Shown here: positions 32,881 through 46,500 of the stretch, piece after piece
Layout of the letters: each line of letters opens with the position of its first letter
Position numbering within the stretch: the stretch's first letter is position 1
From: Lama glama
Taxonomy: Eukaryota
Assembly: GCA_028534125.1 (NCBI GenBank)
Contig: CM052851.1
Location: forward strand, 8,680,001-8,744,000
Direction of reading: 5' to 3'
DNA length: 64,000 nt
Program-made: the position numbers and the translations under genes
The notes under the pieces: model-generated
What the model was told of the DNA's origin: nothing
The model's database searches: none
What the model saw: the letters and a program-made list of their open reading frames with translations, nothing else

Positions 32881-35800
32881 TCCCGATGAGCCCTGGTCAG
32901 GGCTCCATTTATCACCGAGGCTCCAGCTTCTCGTTCTCACGCTAATTATTTTTCACTCATCTACAACAAGCAAAACTTGCCATCTGCCACGGGCCCTGTC
33001 ACTGACACCAGCCAGCTCCCTGGGAATCAACTGAGGCCTTTCGTTCCCTGCTAGTTGTTTTGGGAGGGGGGCTGGCTGCTGGGAGACGAGGAGGGAGGGC
33101 CCAGGAAGTGGCAGGACCCTCACGAGCAGTCAGGCCAGGCCCTCCTCCCACCCCACTGCCCTCCCTGGTCCTCTCCTCCAGGGGGTTGACGCCAGGGCTC
33201 ACTGGGCCAGAACGGACCTGCTTCCAATAGCGGAAGAAGTTCCCCTCTGGTCAGGTCAAGTTTTATTTCTGAATTCTTCCTTGGAGGCTGTTTATTTTCC
33301 TGAAACTAAGGATGGGCCCTTGTCCCACACTCATTCTGGTGCCTGGGGCAGAGGTGCCCCGGAGCAGCCCAGAGAGGCGGGCTCTGCTGGCTGCCTGATG
33401 GGCACTGCCTGGCGCCCGGGTCTCCCAGGCCCTGGCCCTTTCCTCCTGTCTGTTTGTGGATGGATGCAGGCACCCATCCCAGGGCTATTTCTATTCAGGC
33501 CCTGTGGTCTTCTCACATCCCCCCTTTGTGCTCCGTAATATCTTTACCCCTTCCCTCCAGCCCTGGAGGACAGCCCCGAATCTGAATCTCAGATCTGTCG
33601 CTTCTAGTTGTCTGTGACCTTCACTTCTCTGAGTGACAGTCTCCTCATCTGCAGAAGAGGATAATGGAGGTACCCGCTTCACAGGGAGTCGCGAGGAGTA
33701 AGTGGGATAATGCATATAAAGCCCTCGGCTCGTGGAAAGTAACAGTGGCTGTAGTTATTATCTATCCAGCATCTCTCCTGAGGGTGCTTAAGACTTCTCA
33801 CTGCCCGAGTCCCTACCCTCGAGGCGTAGCAGGGCCCAGATCTCCCTGTGAGCTAATTCAAGCCTCCCATACAGAAAGACCCTGCTCCCTACCCCTGGCC
33901 ACCGGGCTGACCCACGCCTGCCGTCACCCTTGTCGACCTACCTAATACCCTGACCTACCTTTTCCAGCAGGAATGGCAGCATCTCCTAGGAGCCCCACTT
34001 GCCCAGGCTGAGGCTTCACTGGCCCTGCCTCCTTAACCCACAACGAACCACTGAGATGGACTCATGATCCCATGGATCAGCTGGGAACGAGGAGCTCTGG
34101 CTCAAGGACACACCTGTGCTCCTGCGGAATGCCCCCGTCTGCCTATGTCTTAAGTTTTGGGGAGTCCCACTGTAGGCCCCTTCCCAGCTCAAACTCTGGA
34201 TGTCCATTTGCCCGGTCCAGCATCCTACTGGCAGTCCTCCCAGGCCCCCCACCCCTTATCTCCCCCAGGGCCTCTGCTCTCCTACAAGCCATTTACCGGG
34301 AGACTCCCCCACTACCACTCCCGCCCTGCGCAGCTCATCTGCAAAGTTTTAGCTGGGCTTCCCAGAGCTTCCGAGAAGAGACTCCCTGTCCCGGGTGCTG
34401 GCAACACCTCTGAGAGGAATTAGCACCTTCCACTTCATTCAGGGCCCCCTAGTGAGGCTGCTAATGAGGATGCTAAGTGGGCACACCTAGCCTGACACCT
34501 CCCCTCTGGGAACCCCCGCGCCCAGCCAACCCTGTGCCACCACGGTTCTATCACACCTCCTCAGGCCTGCTCAGGGGGAGAGGCTCCCCAGACTCCAGGA
34601 GGCTGCATGGGCCACGGAGGATGGGTGGAGGGGCCACCTCCCTGGGCAGCACGGCCATCTAGGGCACAGGCCCTCACTCGGGCTATTGAGTTTCGCTTCA
34701 ACCATTCCCTGGGCATCGCAGAAGCAGGCAGGGATCGAGTGACTTCGTAACACGAGCTCTTTCCCAGGGGAGGAGGTCTGCAGAGTTCCTGTGCAACCGG
34801 AGGGCCAGCATCCCTTGCTCCTCAGAGCACCGCTGGCAGCAGGAGGTGCTGCTCCCCACGGTGCCCAGGCTGCGGTCCAGACCCCAGCCCTCGGTGGCCC
34901 TCCTCTCCCGTGCCCAGTGAGTGGATGGCAGTGCTCTCCCAAGTGGGTTTCTGGAAACCCTCAGGCACCTCCAGCTGAGGGGAGGTGGTCACAGCAGGCT
35001 GGGGCTTGCCGGCTATGCTGGTCAGAGTACTTTAAGCTGTTTTACACATTGGGGCTCCTTGTAACATTGTATTTGAACTAAACAATCTCAGTGCTTAAAA
35101 ATGTTTGAGAGGTCCTGGACAGAAGGAACTCTCAGGTCCTTTCTGGCCCTGACTTTTAGTTCTACTTGCTGTTTCAGTGCAGGATGGCTGAGAGCCTGGG
35201 AGGTCCACCCAGGAGCCCAAGCTAACTGGACCATCCTATGTGTCTGCCTGGACTAAGCCACAAAAAACACTGACCAGGTGCTCAGAGACTCCTACAGTCC
35301 CCCTCACTCCCTAGAAACCGTCCTGGGCACGACAAGCTGGACCAAGCATGTGCCCACAGGCCTCCGGGAGGGGGTGGGGGCTCCAAAGGCCCCCTGCCAC
35401 TGGACGAGGGCAGGGCTACACCCAGCTTTTGTCCTAGTGCCTCTGCCCACGCAGACGTGCACTGAGCCATGACCTTCAAAGTAAAGCGCAGGAGCCACCG
35501 CCCGGGACGAATCAACCATCACTTCCTCCTCCTCAGTGAAATAGGGATGGTGATGACAGCGCCTCCCTCGTGGGGCTGCTGTGAAGACAAAGTGAGTTCA
35601 AAGTTGTGAAGTGCTGAGCGCCGGGTCCAGCACAGACGGGTTGCTTGGTGGTATTAGCTACATACACACCTGCTTAGTTTTAATTAAATCAACCCCTCCT
35701 CAAAAGTGCATTATGGCTCCTAAATGCTCTTTATGTGCGATTAAAACTCCCAACCATTAGCTATAAAGCTCTCGACCAACCACCCACCTCTGTCGCTGTC

Positions 35801-38800
35801 AGTGGGCAAGCCCGTCTCCTGCTCATCAAAGGAATGGCCCTCTCCCTGGCGGAGCTCGGGCCCGTCCCAGTTGGCCTTGAGCCCCAGTCCTGGTTGGTCG
35901 GCCCATGACTGATCCATCTCGGCCCACCTTCCTGCAGGCTCTTGGTGCTTTGCCTCGCCTTCTCTGTTACACTGAGGCTCCTAGGAAGGAAACCCTGGCC
36001 TCCCCCGGCTTTGCTTCAGGTCTGGGGGATGGGCCCAGAGGCTCAGGGCAACACAGACTAGAAATGGGGAGCACTGGCCTCCACAGTGGGGGCAACCTCA
36101 CCAGGCACCTCGTAAACATCAGCCTTCTCACTCTTCATGCCCAGGCGGGACCAAAGGGCTGGCTTCGGATCTGGGTAGGTAAAGGCTCGGAGAGGGCAGG
36201 GCCCGACCTTGGACTCCGGACTTTGGTATCACTTTCCCTCCCAGAGGACTCATCCTCAGGGCCAGGGCCCCAGGCTCAACACACCAACATTTCTGTGGCC
36301 TCTGCTTCCTGGCCTGCTCCTGGGGTGTGGCAGCTCCCTGGTGACTGTGGGCTAGACTGCTGCCTGAACTTCCAGCCCTGAGTGGCACTCCATGACCACT
36401 TAAAAGGTCACAGAAGGGAGTTAATGGACATTTGGCAGGACCTCCTCCCAGTCGACCTGGGGCAGGTGCCCGCGGCTTCATCAACTGCCTGCTACCAGGA
36501 GGGATGAGGCAGGACTTCCACGGACCCTGCCAGCCCTGGGGAGGTCGGCAAAGCTGTGTCTGACTCCAGGGGATGAACCTTTCAACGGGAGCTGACAGGG
36601 CCATCGAGAGAGACTAGCAGTGCCGGGCATTGAGTGCTAATGGGATGCCCACCTGGGGCCCAGGAGACAGACAGGGTCCTGGCCAGACCGGGTGAGGCCG
36701 AGGCTCCTGCCAGGCAGAAAGTGGCACCTTATCTCCTCTGGGGCTTGGGAAGGAGAGTGTCAATGCCTGCTTCCTCAGCAGGCCCAGCCCTTCACTGCTT
36801 GTCCAGGAAGGCTCTGGAGTGGGGGGTGGCGGTGAGGGAGTCGGCAAGAGCAGGGGACCTGAGGGGGGCAGCCTGCGTCATAGCTCCTGCTGACTGCCCC
36901 ACCCTTGGTGGCCACTGGCTGCTATAAATACCTCTCCTGCCTCTGGATGTTGCAGGAGGTGACCTAGAATTGTGGGCTCTGGGGCCTCCTGGGTGCCCCT
37001 CCCTGCCAGTGTCAGATGCAGCCTGCCTGACCAGAATGTCCTTGTGGCCTGACAGCCCACCCCCACCATGAGCAGGGCCCTGGCCAGGGCTGGGAAGACC
37101 CTGACACTGAGGGAGACAGTTGAGGCTGCCAAACCCTGGGTGTCCCACCACCGTCCTCTCTACCATCTTGGCGGCAGCACTGAGGATGTCAAGTCTCTGG
37201 AGAGCAAAGGTCTGGCCAGCCTGCAGAGGAGACACGGTGTGCGGCCCAGGACCACCCACCACAGCCTCGAGCCTCAAGCTTAGAGGCAAGGGCTCCAAAG
37301 CCCCCCTCCTTAGTCCACGGTTCCTTGGCAATCCCACCTGACCTCCAAGCTGGCCGAGCATACTCCTTTCTTCCAGTCGGTGGCATGTGTCTGAGTCAGC
37401 CCTTCAGTCCTCGAGAGACCCCAGGCAGGCCCAGGCCCCAAACCCCAGGTCTGGCTGACCTAGGGGCTCAGGGCACAAGGTGGCCCCAGGCCTGGCAGTT
37501 GTGAGGACACCAACCATCACACGGAGCCAGGGTTTGGTTCCAGACTCTGGCTTAGGGCGGCACCAGGGCGTGAGGGGAGAGAAGGCTGGGAATAGCTCCA
37601 GGGGTGGGGCCTGGGGTGTGAACACAGGTGAAACCAAGTAGAAATTAAATTCACACATGCAGCCATTCTCCACCTGTCCAACACATAAGCAGAGTGCCTA
37701 CTGTGTGCCAGGGGCCCCAGCAATAAATAAAACTCAGGTCGGGCCAGCCCTCAAGGAACCCACAGGCCAGAAGGAAAAAGAGGCTTCAAACCAATCTTCA
37801 CATATGACAGCATAAATTTCTCCAACGTGTGCTCCGAAGACGGGTCCCTTCAGAGCCTGAGCAGGGAGGTGAGGGGCAGCTGCCTTAAGATCTGAGGTCT
37901 GAAAAATAAGTCGGAGTAACAAGGCCACAAAAAGAGGGCAGCGAGGGGAAGAACATGGAAGAGGCTTGTGTGAGCACCACAGAGGACAGAGAAAAGACCA
38001 GACCAACCAGACAGGAGCAGAGGCGAGGGCCAAGGCAGAGGGGCTGGTGGGGTCGGTGAGCCAGGCCCAGGAGTCTGAGCTTTATCCTGGGAAACTCTGG
38101 GCCAAGGCGGGCACAAGGGTAGAAAGGAGTGGGGGCCAGACTGAGGTGCAGCAGACAATGGTGACAGATAGGATGGGGCGCTGGCATTGGAGGATGACCC
38201 AGGCTGACGGCCGTGTAACCAGACAGGCAGAGGGAAGGGCACTGCATCTGCCCCTGGAGCCCCAAGACACCCAGTGATCTTGGCTCCGGGGCCAGCAGGC
38301 TCTGGAGCACTTCCTGCTCAGTGTCTGCCTGCAGGCGGGGAGTCTTCCTGCAGGCGGGGAAGGATGGACTACGCCCTGGTTCCTCCAACCCTGGAGGACG
38401 CCGAGAGAATGGAGGCCTGGGGCAGCCTGGCCCACTCGAACAGCGATGCACACTGCAAAGTTTTAGCTCGGCCCAGGTGTGCAGCAGGCACCCATTCAAG
38501 GGCAGTCCCTGGGCTTTGCTCCACAGCTGAGAGTTCCCCATGACGAGCCTGAGGTTGGAGGCATTGCCCCCTGAATGCTGAACTCCTTACTTTTCCTGCC
38601 ACCAGCTCTGGCCACAAATACAGCCATGCGGAGGGGGCCTTAACCTAGATGGACGAGAGCTCAGACCTGATGCAAACCCTGCACAGGAGGGGAGATGGAG
38701 GCTCGGAGAGAGGCGGTCTCTGTTGGCTGGTCATCCACCCACCCGACATTTCCAGTCACTCCACAGAGCTCATTATACTTAGAAAACGTACTTCTTTTTC

Positions 38801-40465
38801 TGCTGGCCAACTGACCCGCCCTCACCACCCTTGCTCACTATCCCCAGGCGCTCGGCCATGTCTCTGTCCCTCAAATACCCGAGTGTGTCCTGGCTCAAAG
38901 CCCAAGCTCTTGCCTGGACACGATCCTTGCTCCCCATCTCTGCATGGCTCCCCACCTCCATCATTCAGATCCTAGCTCCATCCCTCCTCTGGGACTCCTG
39001 TCCAATCCCAGGAAGCCCCAGAGCCTCTCCGTCACATTATTATTTTATTTTCATCTCATCACTTTCCACCATCTAACCCTCTCTAGTTTATTCATCTGTT
39101 AACTTATTTACTCTCTGTCTCCTCCTACCCCTTCAGGGAGTGGCTCTCGGGCAGGGCCCTCGCCTGTCTTCTTCCCTGCTATGTCCCCAGCACCCAGCAA
39201 AGGGCCTGGCAGTGGCAGGAGCCACGTGTGAGCACAGCCTGTGGTAGCCGGTGCAGAGTCAAGCCCAGAACCTAGGCTCCTGACTCCCAGCCCTGACTCT
39301 TTCCGCACCACCCACTGGCTGCGTGCTCAGGATCCCAGCTCGGGCCCGGACTGCTCTCCTGCAGCAGCAACCACAGGCAGGCTCCACTGGTGCCCGACGA
39401 CCACGCTGTGGGTGAGGCAGGGGAGGAAAGTGGCACCGTTGTCGTTTCACTGATGCATAAACTGGTGGGAGGGGGTGTTGGTGATTTGCCTCGGGTGACC
39501 CGGCGAGCAGCAGGGCCAGGACCATGGCCAGTTATCCCGGAGGTCCTTCTGCCTGGGAGGCTCTACAGCACTGACGAGCCTGCTCCCCTGGGCATCCGTG
39601 GGAGGGAGGCTTGTGGTGTCCACCTCCACAAAGCCTGTGCCTGGAGGCAGGATGCACATCCACAGGGAGGGCACCGTGGGCCATGCTCTCAGGATGCACT
39701 GGGTACTCGAGTCCCCTCCCAGCAACATCCTGAGGGGCTCTCCAGGATCCTGGGGCCGCTGTTAACAAGAAGGAAAGGGAGCACCAGGGGAATGACTTCC
39801 CTCGGAGCCTAGTGTCTCACCCAAATGTACGGGGCTGGACCGGATGTCTCCTGTTTCCCCAGGACTTGTATTTTTACTCCCCCTGAACACCCAGCTGCCA
39901 AGGGGCTTCAGCCCCCGGTTGGGGAACACAATCCCATGGAATATGAAGAAATATCAATAACACTACCTCATGGCCGCCCTGGGAGGCAGATGGACCAGGA
40001 ATGACCATTCTATACCCAGGGTTTTAAGTCAGTCAAAACCAAGGACAAAATCTAAGCCGTCAGTGACTTGCCCGTGACCTCGGAGCCGCAAAGCCTCATC
40101 CCTCTCCAGACAATGGACACGGGAACAGTGGCTGCCCCCTGGCTGCTGGGGGAACACAGACGACTTGGTAAAGGGCCTACCCTCAGATCCTTGTCCCACC
40201 TCCTCCCTGTGACCCTGATCTGCTCTCTGCCAACTTCCTAGGAATGTGAGGAGAACACACAAGACATAGCGGAGGCTTCTTAGAAGGAAAGCACTATAAA
40301 AAGCTTCACAATATGATTACTTCCCTTGAAGACACAGCCCTGGGATTTGACATCCCCACCCCCGTGGGGCCTCGTCAGGATTCTCCCAGCGTCCTCCTCC
40401 TGGCTCACACCTGCACAGCTGGGAGACCGGAGGCAGAGGGCAGGCCCACCCGGAGACACACCCCC

Positions 40466-40513
40466 GGCCCCAGCATCTCCCCACCAGAGGCCCCAGCATC
40501 TCCCCACCAGAGG
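40466..40513. repeat. Perfect 23-bp tandem duplication ggccccagcatctccccaccaga x2
   Basis: Copies at 40466-40488 and 40489-40511. Confidence 0.95.
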
Positions 40514-43500
40514 CAGAGGGCGGAGGGAAGGTGGCAGGGCTGGTTTCGAGGGCTGTGGCCCACTCTGGACGGCCCTTTCCCCACCCTCTGCACCCAGCCT
40601 CCTCTCAGCTCTTCTGGGCCTTGGGAGGACATGAGAGCACGTCTGGGAGGTGCTCAGAGCTCCTCAGAGAGAGTCAGACCCAACGTGGGATGAATTAGGT
40701 ATCAATGTGCTCATTTATGAGTACTTTGGTTTGGGTCAGGGGCAGAGTAGGAGATGCATGGGGCTCAGTGTCACAGAATCCAGACTTGGTACTGGGCTCG
40801 GCCGCTAATAAGTGTGGGCAAGTCACAACCTCTTGGAGCCCTGATTCCTGTCAAATGGGGAGAAATGAGATCTGAGTGACACTGGTTAAAGTACGACACG
40901 CAAATGGGGACTGTGAGGGTACCGGCCTCATGGCGTTACCATGGGGGTGATGGTCGAGCGCTTGGCACTGGGCCTCGCGGGCTTGACGTGCTTCAGGGCT
41001 CGTCATTCTCCTGGGGGAGCAGAGTTGTGGACAAAAGGCCTGAGGATGGGGCTGTTTGCAATGCCGCCTGAGCTTGCAGACTCTGTGTCTGTCTCCAGGC
41101 GGGCACCCATCCCTGACCAGCAGCAAGAGAGAGGGCTGTTCAGGGCCTGGTGGCCACTGGACTCAGGAGATTAGCACTCCCCCTTCCACGTCAGTCCTGC
41201 TCCCCAGCTAAGAGGCAGTGGTGGAGGGACCAGGCTGCCTCCCCAGCCCCAGCACATGGCCGGCTCCCCCAAGGGATGGCTGCCCTCTGTGGACAGAGCT
41301 CTGCCAGTGGAGGGTGCAGCACAGTCTCTTGGTGACAGCCTGCTTGTCATCACAGCTTGTCTGATAGGACCAAGTGCTGGGAGGACCACAGACCAGAGCA
41401 GTGGGCTTGCTAAAGGCCACAGCCCAAAGCAAGGTGGACACCCTGGGGTGGCACGAGGCTGGCCACAGGCAGGACTGCAGGGAGGGAGGCGTGGACTCCC
41501 TGCCCAGCTAATGCAGGTCCCTCCCTGGGGTCTCAGCTTCAGAGAGACACTAGACCCACCCAGCCTCTGTTTACCTAATCTATTCCCTTTGGAACCAAGG
41601 ACCAGGCCTGTGGCCTCAAGAAGCCGCCAGCACATTCCCTGGTCAGTGACTGCCCACGCAGGGGCGAGCTCAGGCAGACCAGGAAGAGGATGTTGGAAGG
41701 CCACTCTCAGGAGGGCAGGCAGAGGGGCGGGCCCAGGGCCGGGGAAGAAATCATCAAGTTCCTGGGGCTGATTCATCTGAAAGGAGGTGAGAGCAGGGCA
41801 GAGATTGGCTGAATCAAGGCAGGCTCTCTCCTCGCTGGGAGGAAGGGCGGGAGCCGTGAGCAGGCATGGCAACCCCAGGAAAGAAAGGGGCAGATGTGTC
41901 TGACAGGATACTCCTGGCTTGGGCCACGTGCTCCTCTGCCCCTGGCGACACAAAGTCCCATTGATGCTGCGCCTCGCCTCCACACCCTGGGGCCAGCGCC
42001 CTGATGCAAGGGCTCTGGGGACCTCTCCTGCTCCCTGCTGACCATCCAGCTGCAGCTGCCACTGCAGCCCTGGCACGCCAGGCATGCCAGGGCCAGCTCT
42101 GTAAAGTCACATGCTCTGCGCGGGTGAGGCCAGGCACTGCAGAGCGTGGCACTTATGGAGAATGTGGCCCTTCTCAGTTACGCAAAAGCTGGAAGCCCAG
42201 AAGCAGCGGACCACTTGCTTGCCACCCTTGCCCAGCCTCACCCATCTTCCTGGAGGGCAAATCCTTGGGCAAACAGTCAGCCAGGTGCTGGCGGCACAGC
42301 AAACGCAGGGCTGCGAAAAGTAAACACTGTGGGCCACCCCCACCCTACCCCACACACCGAGCCTTCTCCAGGGGACAGGGTGCATAACCTAGCAGGCGGT
42401 GTGCTGGGAGGGTCAGGCTGCCTTGGGCCTGGAGCTTCTGCTTGGCTGGGTTACTCTGAACAAGTCTCAGGACCTTGGAGTGATGGCCACGTGTGGCTCT
42501 TGTAAAGGTTAAATGGGAGGAGGCCCGAGTGGGAGCACTTAACACAGAGTTTGGCGTAGACGAGGGTCTAGATTCATGGATGCTCTATCCAGTGCCATGT
42601 AGATGTGGGGTGGAGCCGAGGCCGTCAAAGAATAAGCGACAGCACCGTGGAAGTTCAGGCACCACAACCTTCAGCAGTATATTCGTCAGTGTTCCCCTAG
42701 CCTAGGCCCCCTGTGGAGACTTCTGACCTGTGGCTCCACCAGCAGGGGATGCTCCTTCCTGCTGGCCCCAAGCCCAGGGCAGCCATAAGCCAGATTCCAG
42801 AACCCCCTCCAGCTGCCTAGGGCCCCCTGGCCCCTACACAGGGCTTCTGTTCCAGGCTGGCCCCGCCCCACAAGCGGCCAGAGGGGCACTGTCTACTTCT
42901 CCTCGCAGACCACACCCTGGGGTTGCACAGCACATGCTGATGAGGCAGCCTGGCCTTTATCTGCTCTACTACTTGCCACGGTTGAGTGCTCTGCAGAGTC
43001 AGAGCTCTTCCTGCCCCTGTGCCTTTGCACAGCCTGTTCTCACTGCACAAGTTGTCTTTTCTAGTCCTGTTCTCCTGGGAATTCCTCAGCCTGCCAGGAC
43101 TTAGCCTGAACACCACCTCCTCTGTGAAACCCGTAGAAGCCTGTCAACTCCAAGGCTGACCTGAGCAGCGCCCTTCCATCCACCCCAGCCAGGTGCCCTG
43201 GTTCCCCACTAGACTAGGAGCTCCTAGAGGGCAGGACTGAACCTTCTGCCTGTGTCCTTGGCACCCAGACAGTGCCACCCCGGTGCCTAGCAGCTGCTCC
43301 AAAAATGTCAAACCAGGCCCAGGCCCTGGTTCCTCTGAGATCACGCTGTTGGCCTGATTGGCCAAAGAGACTTAGACAGCTTCCCTTACAAAGCGGATGG
43401 GGGCTGGTGGTATCTTCTCCCTTGGACACTGTCCACGCTCTGAGCACTGAGCTTCACCACAGTCAGAGGCGGCTTGGGGGCTGTAGGCTGCCTCCCCATC

Positions 43501-46500
43501 TCCAAAAGCAGAAACCAAAGTTACCAGGAGGGTGAGCACAGGGAAGGGAAGTGCAACCGGAACTGCAGGGAGAAAGGGAGTTGTGGCTGCCATCTGCCAT
43601 GAACAAGATGTTTGGAGAACACGCACTCCTCGGCTCCAAGGTCTCCCAGCCAACTCAGGAGGGCGGGCCGCCCCTCTGCAGATGGGAGCTGGCAGCTCTG
43701 CCAAGCCCGAGAGGTGACAGGCCCCCTCCCACCCGCCTGGACCCTCTAGCTGCCCCCATCTGACCTCCCACTTCTCGGGCAGACTGGGGGCCCGGATGCC
43801 AGCCCAGGACATGGGCCACATCGCCTCTTCCAGGGAGCACCCCCGCAGGCTCTGCGGAGCCAACTCCACAATAACAATAACAACTCAAACATAATGACAA
43901 TAAGGGAAACAGTACGTGAAAACCCAGCTACCTGCCAGAAGGCCTGTGCTAGGAGCTTGCAGCCATCATCTCACTTCACCCCACCACCCCGGGGAGGAGG
44001 GAGGAGACACAGAGAGTCCAAGAGGAGACCTACACCCCGCTCCTCAGTGCAGGGTCTCCTGGCCACTGAGGCCCATCAGGAGACGGTGCTGGGGCCCTCC
44101 CTTATCCTCTAAGCTGGGGGCTTAGTGAAAAACAGAACAACCAGATGGGAAGGGACTTTCAGCGCCACTGAGTCACACACACCCATTTCAGGGAGGAAAG
44201 TGAGGGCTAAGAATGCCCCAGGCCACAACGAGGTTAGTAGCAAAATACGGCCCGCAGCCCAGCTTCTGGGGCCTCAGCAGGCTCCCATGCGGGGCTGCCT
44301 TCTGATCTTTAAGGAGAGCTGCCCTTGGAGGGCTCAGGGGTGCTGGCTCTGCCTTGACGGCCCATCACACTTCAGGTCAGGCCTCCCTTGTGCCCTGCCC
44401 GTTCACACCGCCTGCTCAGGCCGCTGCCAGTCAGCCTCCGTGCCCCTGATCGCAGCAGTGGGCTGAGCCGGAAGCTGCGCAGGGAGAGCCTGCCCTCTTG
44501 GCTGTGCCCCCAGCCCCATGGCTCAGGAGGCAGGACCCACAGGCCACATACCTTCCAGGGACTGCCTTGCCCTGAGCCTGCTCACAGGGGGATTAACGTG
44601 GCCAACAAGGCTGGACATGCTTGTAGGGGGCTAGGCAGCCTGTTCATTAGAGACACTGGAGCTGCCACGTGGCACCCAGTCAGCAGAAACTGTCGCTTCT
44701 CTCACCAGACCAGGAGGGTGCGTAGGGGGCTGAGAAGTCTGCCCACCTAGACTGAACTATACCAAGGTCCTGAATGTCCCCTGTGAACTTCAGCCTTGGC
44801 AGCTTGGCCCCCAGGGTTGGGGGGCTGCCAGTCCCTGCTACTGCAGTCTGGAGAGGTCGGGGGGTGATTCTCCGTCCCTTCAGCAAACAGAAGGCAGGAT
44901 TTCTGGGGCAATCACCCAGAACTGTGCATCCCATCCCCCTTCCAACCCAGCTCGCCCCACGCGGCCCTGCTGCTGCCGCCCCCACAGGCCTGCTCTCCAC
45001 AGTTCTGTCTGCTCAGTCCTCCCCCAGTCCCCCACACACGGTAATTGCGACACCTCCACCCCACTGCCGCTCTCCCCAAGGGTGGCACAGGCAGCTGGCG
45101 GCTGGGAGGGCCTGAAGATGTGCTCCAGGGCATCTGTGGGCCCGGAAATTGCACACAGGCCTGTGTGAATTCTTCTAGAGGGGAGCCTGCAGTTTCACCC
45201 TTTCTCCAGGGGTCCTTGGCCCCTGGCAGGGTCACTGTGCTGGCCCCACTTCCTGCCTCTAACAGCCCCCCCACCCGGCTGCCCTGTCTATGAAATGCCT
45301 GGGGACCAAGGGAATCAATGGCTTCTCTGTCCAATGCAGGGAAGGCATTTCATCACCCTTGGGGGAATCTTTTAGGGAGGCAGGGAGCAGCCAGGACTGT
45401 TCGCAAGAACTTGGAGGCCTCGCAGCTCCTCCTGTGTTGGGAAGTGGGGGTGCTGGGCTGGATGGAGATGTGGGGGGTAGGCAGCAGGGTTGGGGGGCAC
45501 TGGGGCAGGAGGGAGGCCCCAGGGCTTTGTAGAGGGATCTGTCCCTGCTCCCAGCTCCTCAGTTCCCAGGACTCCCTCCGTGTGGGTCGCTGTCACTATG
45601 CAGACACCTTCACAAACAACTCCTGCCTGGGCTGAGGCACAGCCAGGCCGGGGTGAGTCAGCGAGGGAAATCCCAGCACCAGCGCCCGCCGCTGGGTGAC
45701 AGTTCCGCTGACACCTACAGAGCGAGGGGGCCCAGCCCCTCCCAGCAGAGGGTGGGAGGAACACCCGGGATCCCCCACCCCCATTTCCTGCTCCCTGAGA
45801 GGGGAGCCTGGCTGGGGGTCCAGGAGAAGTCCTGGCTTGGAAAAGCCCTATGAGTGAGGGCTCTGGTCCTGGGCCTTGCTCTGTGGCCTCTTTGGGGCTC
45901 CAGTTCCTTATCCTCGAAGCACCAGCTGAGGAGAAGGTGGGAGCTTGGTCATCATGGCGACAGCCAGCAACTGCCTGGGGCCTGCCACCCCAGCCACTGG
46001 GTATCCTGCTTTCCAGGGTCTCAGTACCTCCAGGGCCTCATGGGGTGGGGCAGGAACACCCTACCTCGTTCCTGTGGGGCCCTGTCCTGTCCTGGACCCC
46101 AGGAAGGGCAGGGTCAAGGCTCTGCCTGAGGGGAGCGAGGTGGGGCAGAGAGGAAAGCAAGGCCGGGAGGGGAGCAGCCTGGACACCTGAAAGGGTAAGG
46201 ACAGAAAGGACAGGCACAAAGCCTGCTCCCAGCAGGACATCCTATCCCTTGAGAGAAACCCGGCCAGGTCCACACAAACCCGCCAGACCGGTTGGCAGTT
46301 GGCGTTAGCAGACACTTCTTTGCTGCTGGCTGCCTAAGGGTGCAAGGGGCCCAGCGGACGGTGGGCAAGTCCTGCCTGGCTGGTGCTTCCCTGTTGAGTG
46401 TCACCCATTCCCTTCCAGCCTGACACCTGCCCAGGCAGGGCTACTTTCCGCATAGGTGAGGGGAGGGCGATGTTCTGAGCATGCCCCTCTCACTGCCTCA

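Noticed and set aside
41171-42085. 304-aa minus-strand ORF in intron 1
   Set aside because: Low-complexity GC-driven composition, no homology recognised, no exon structure
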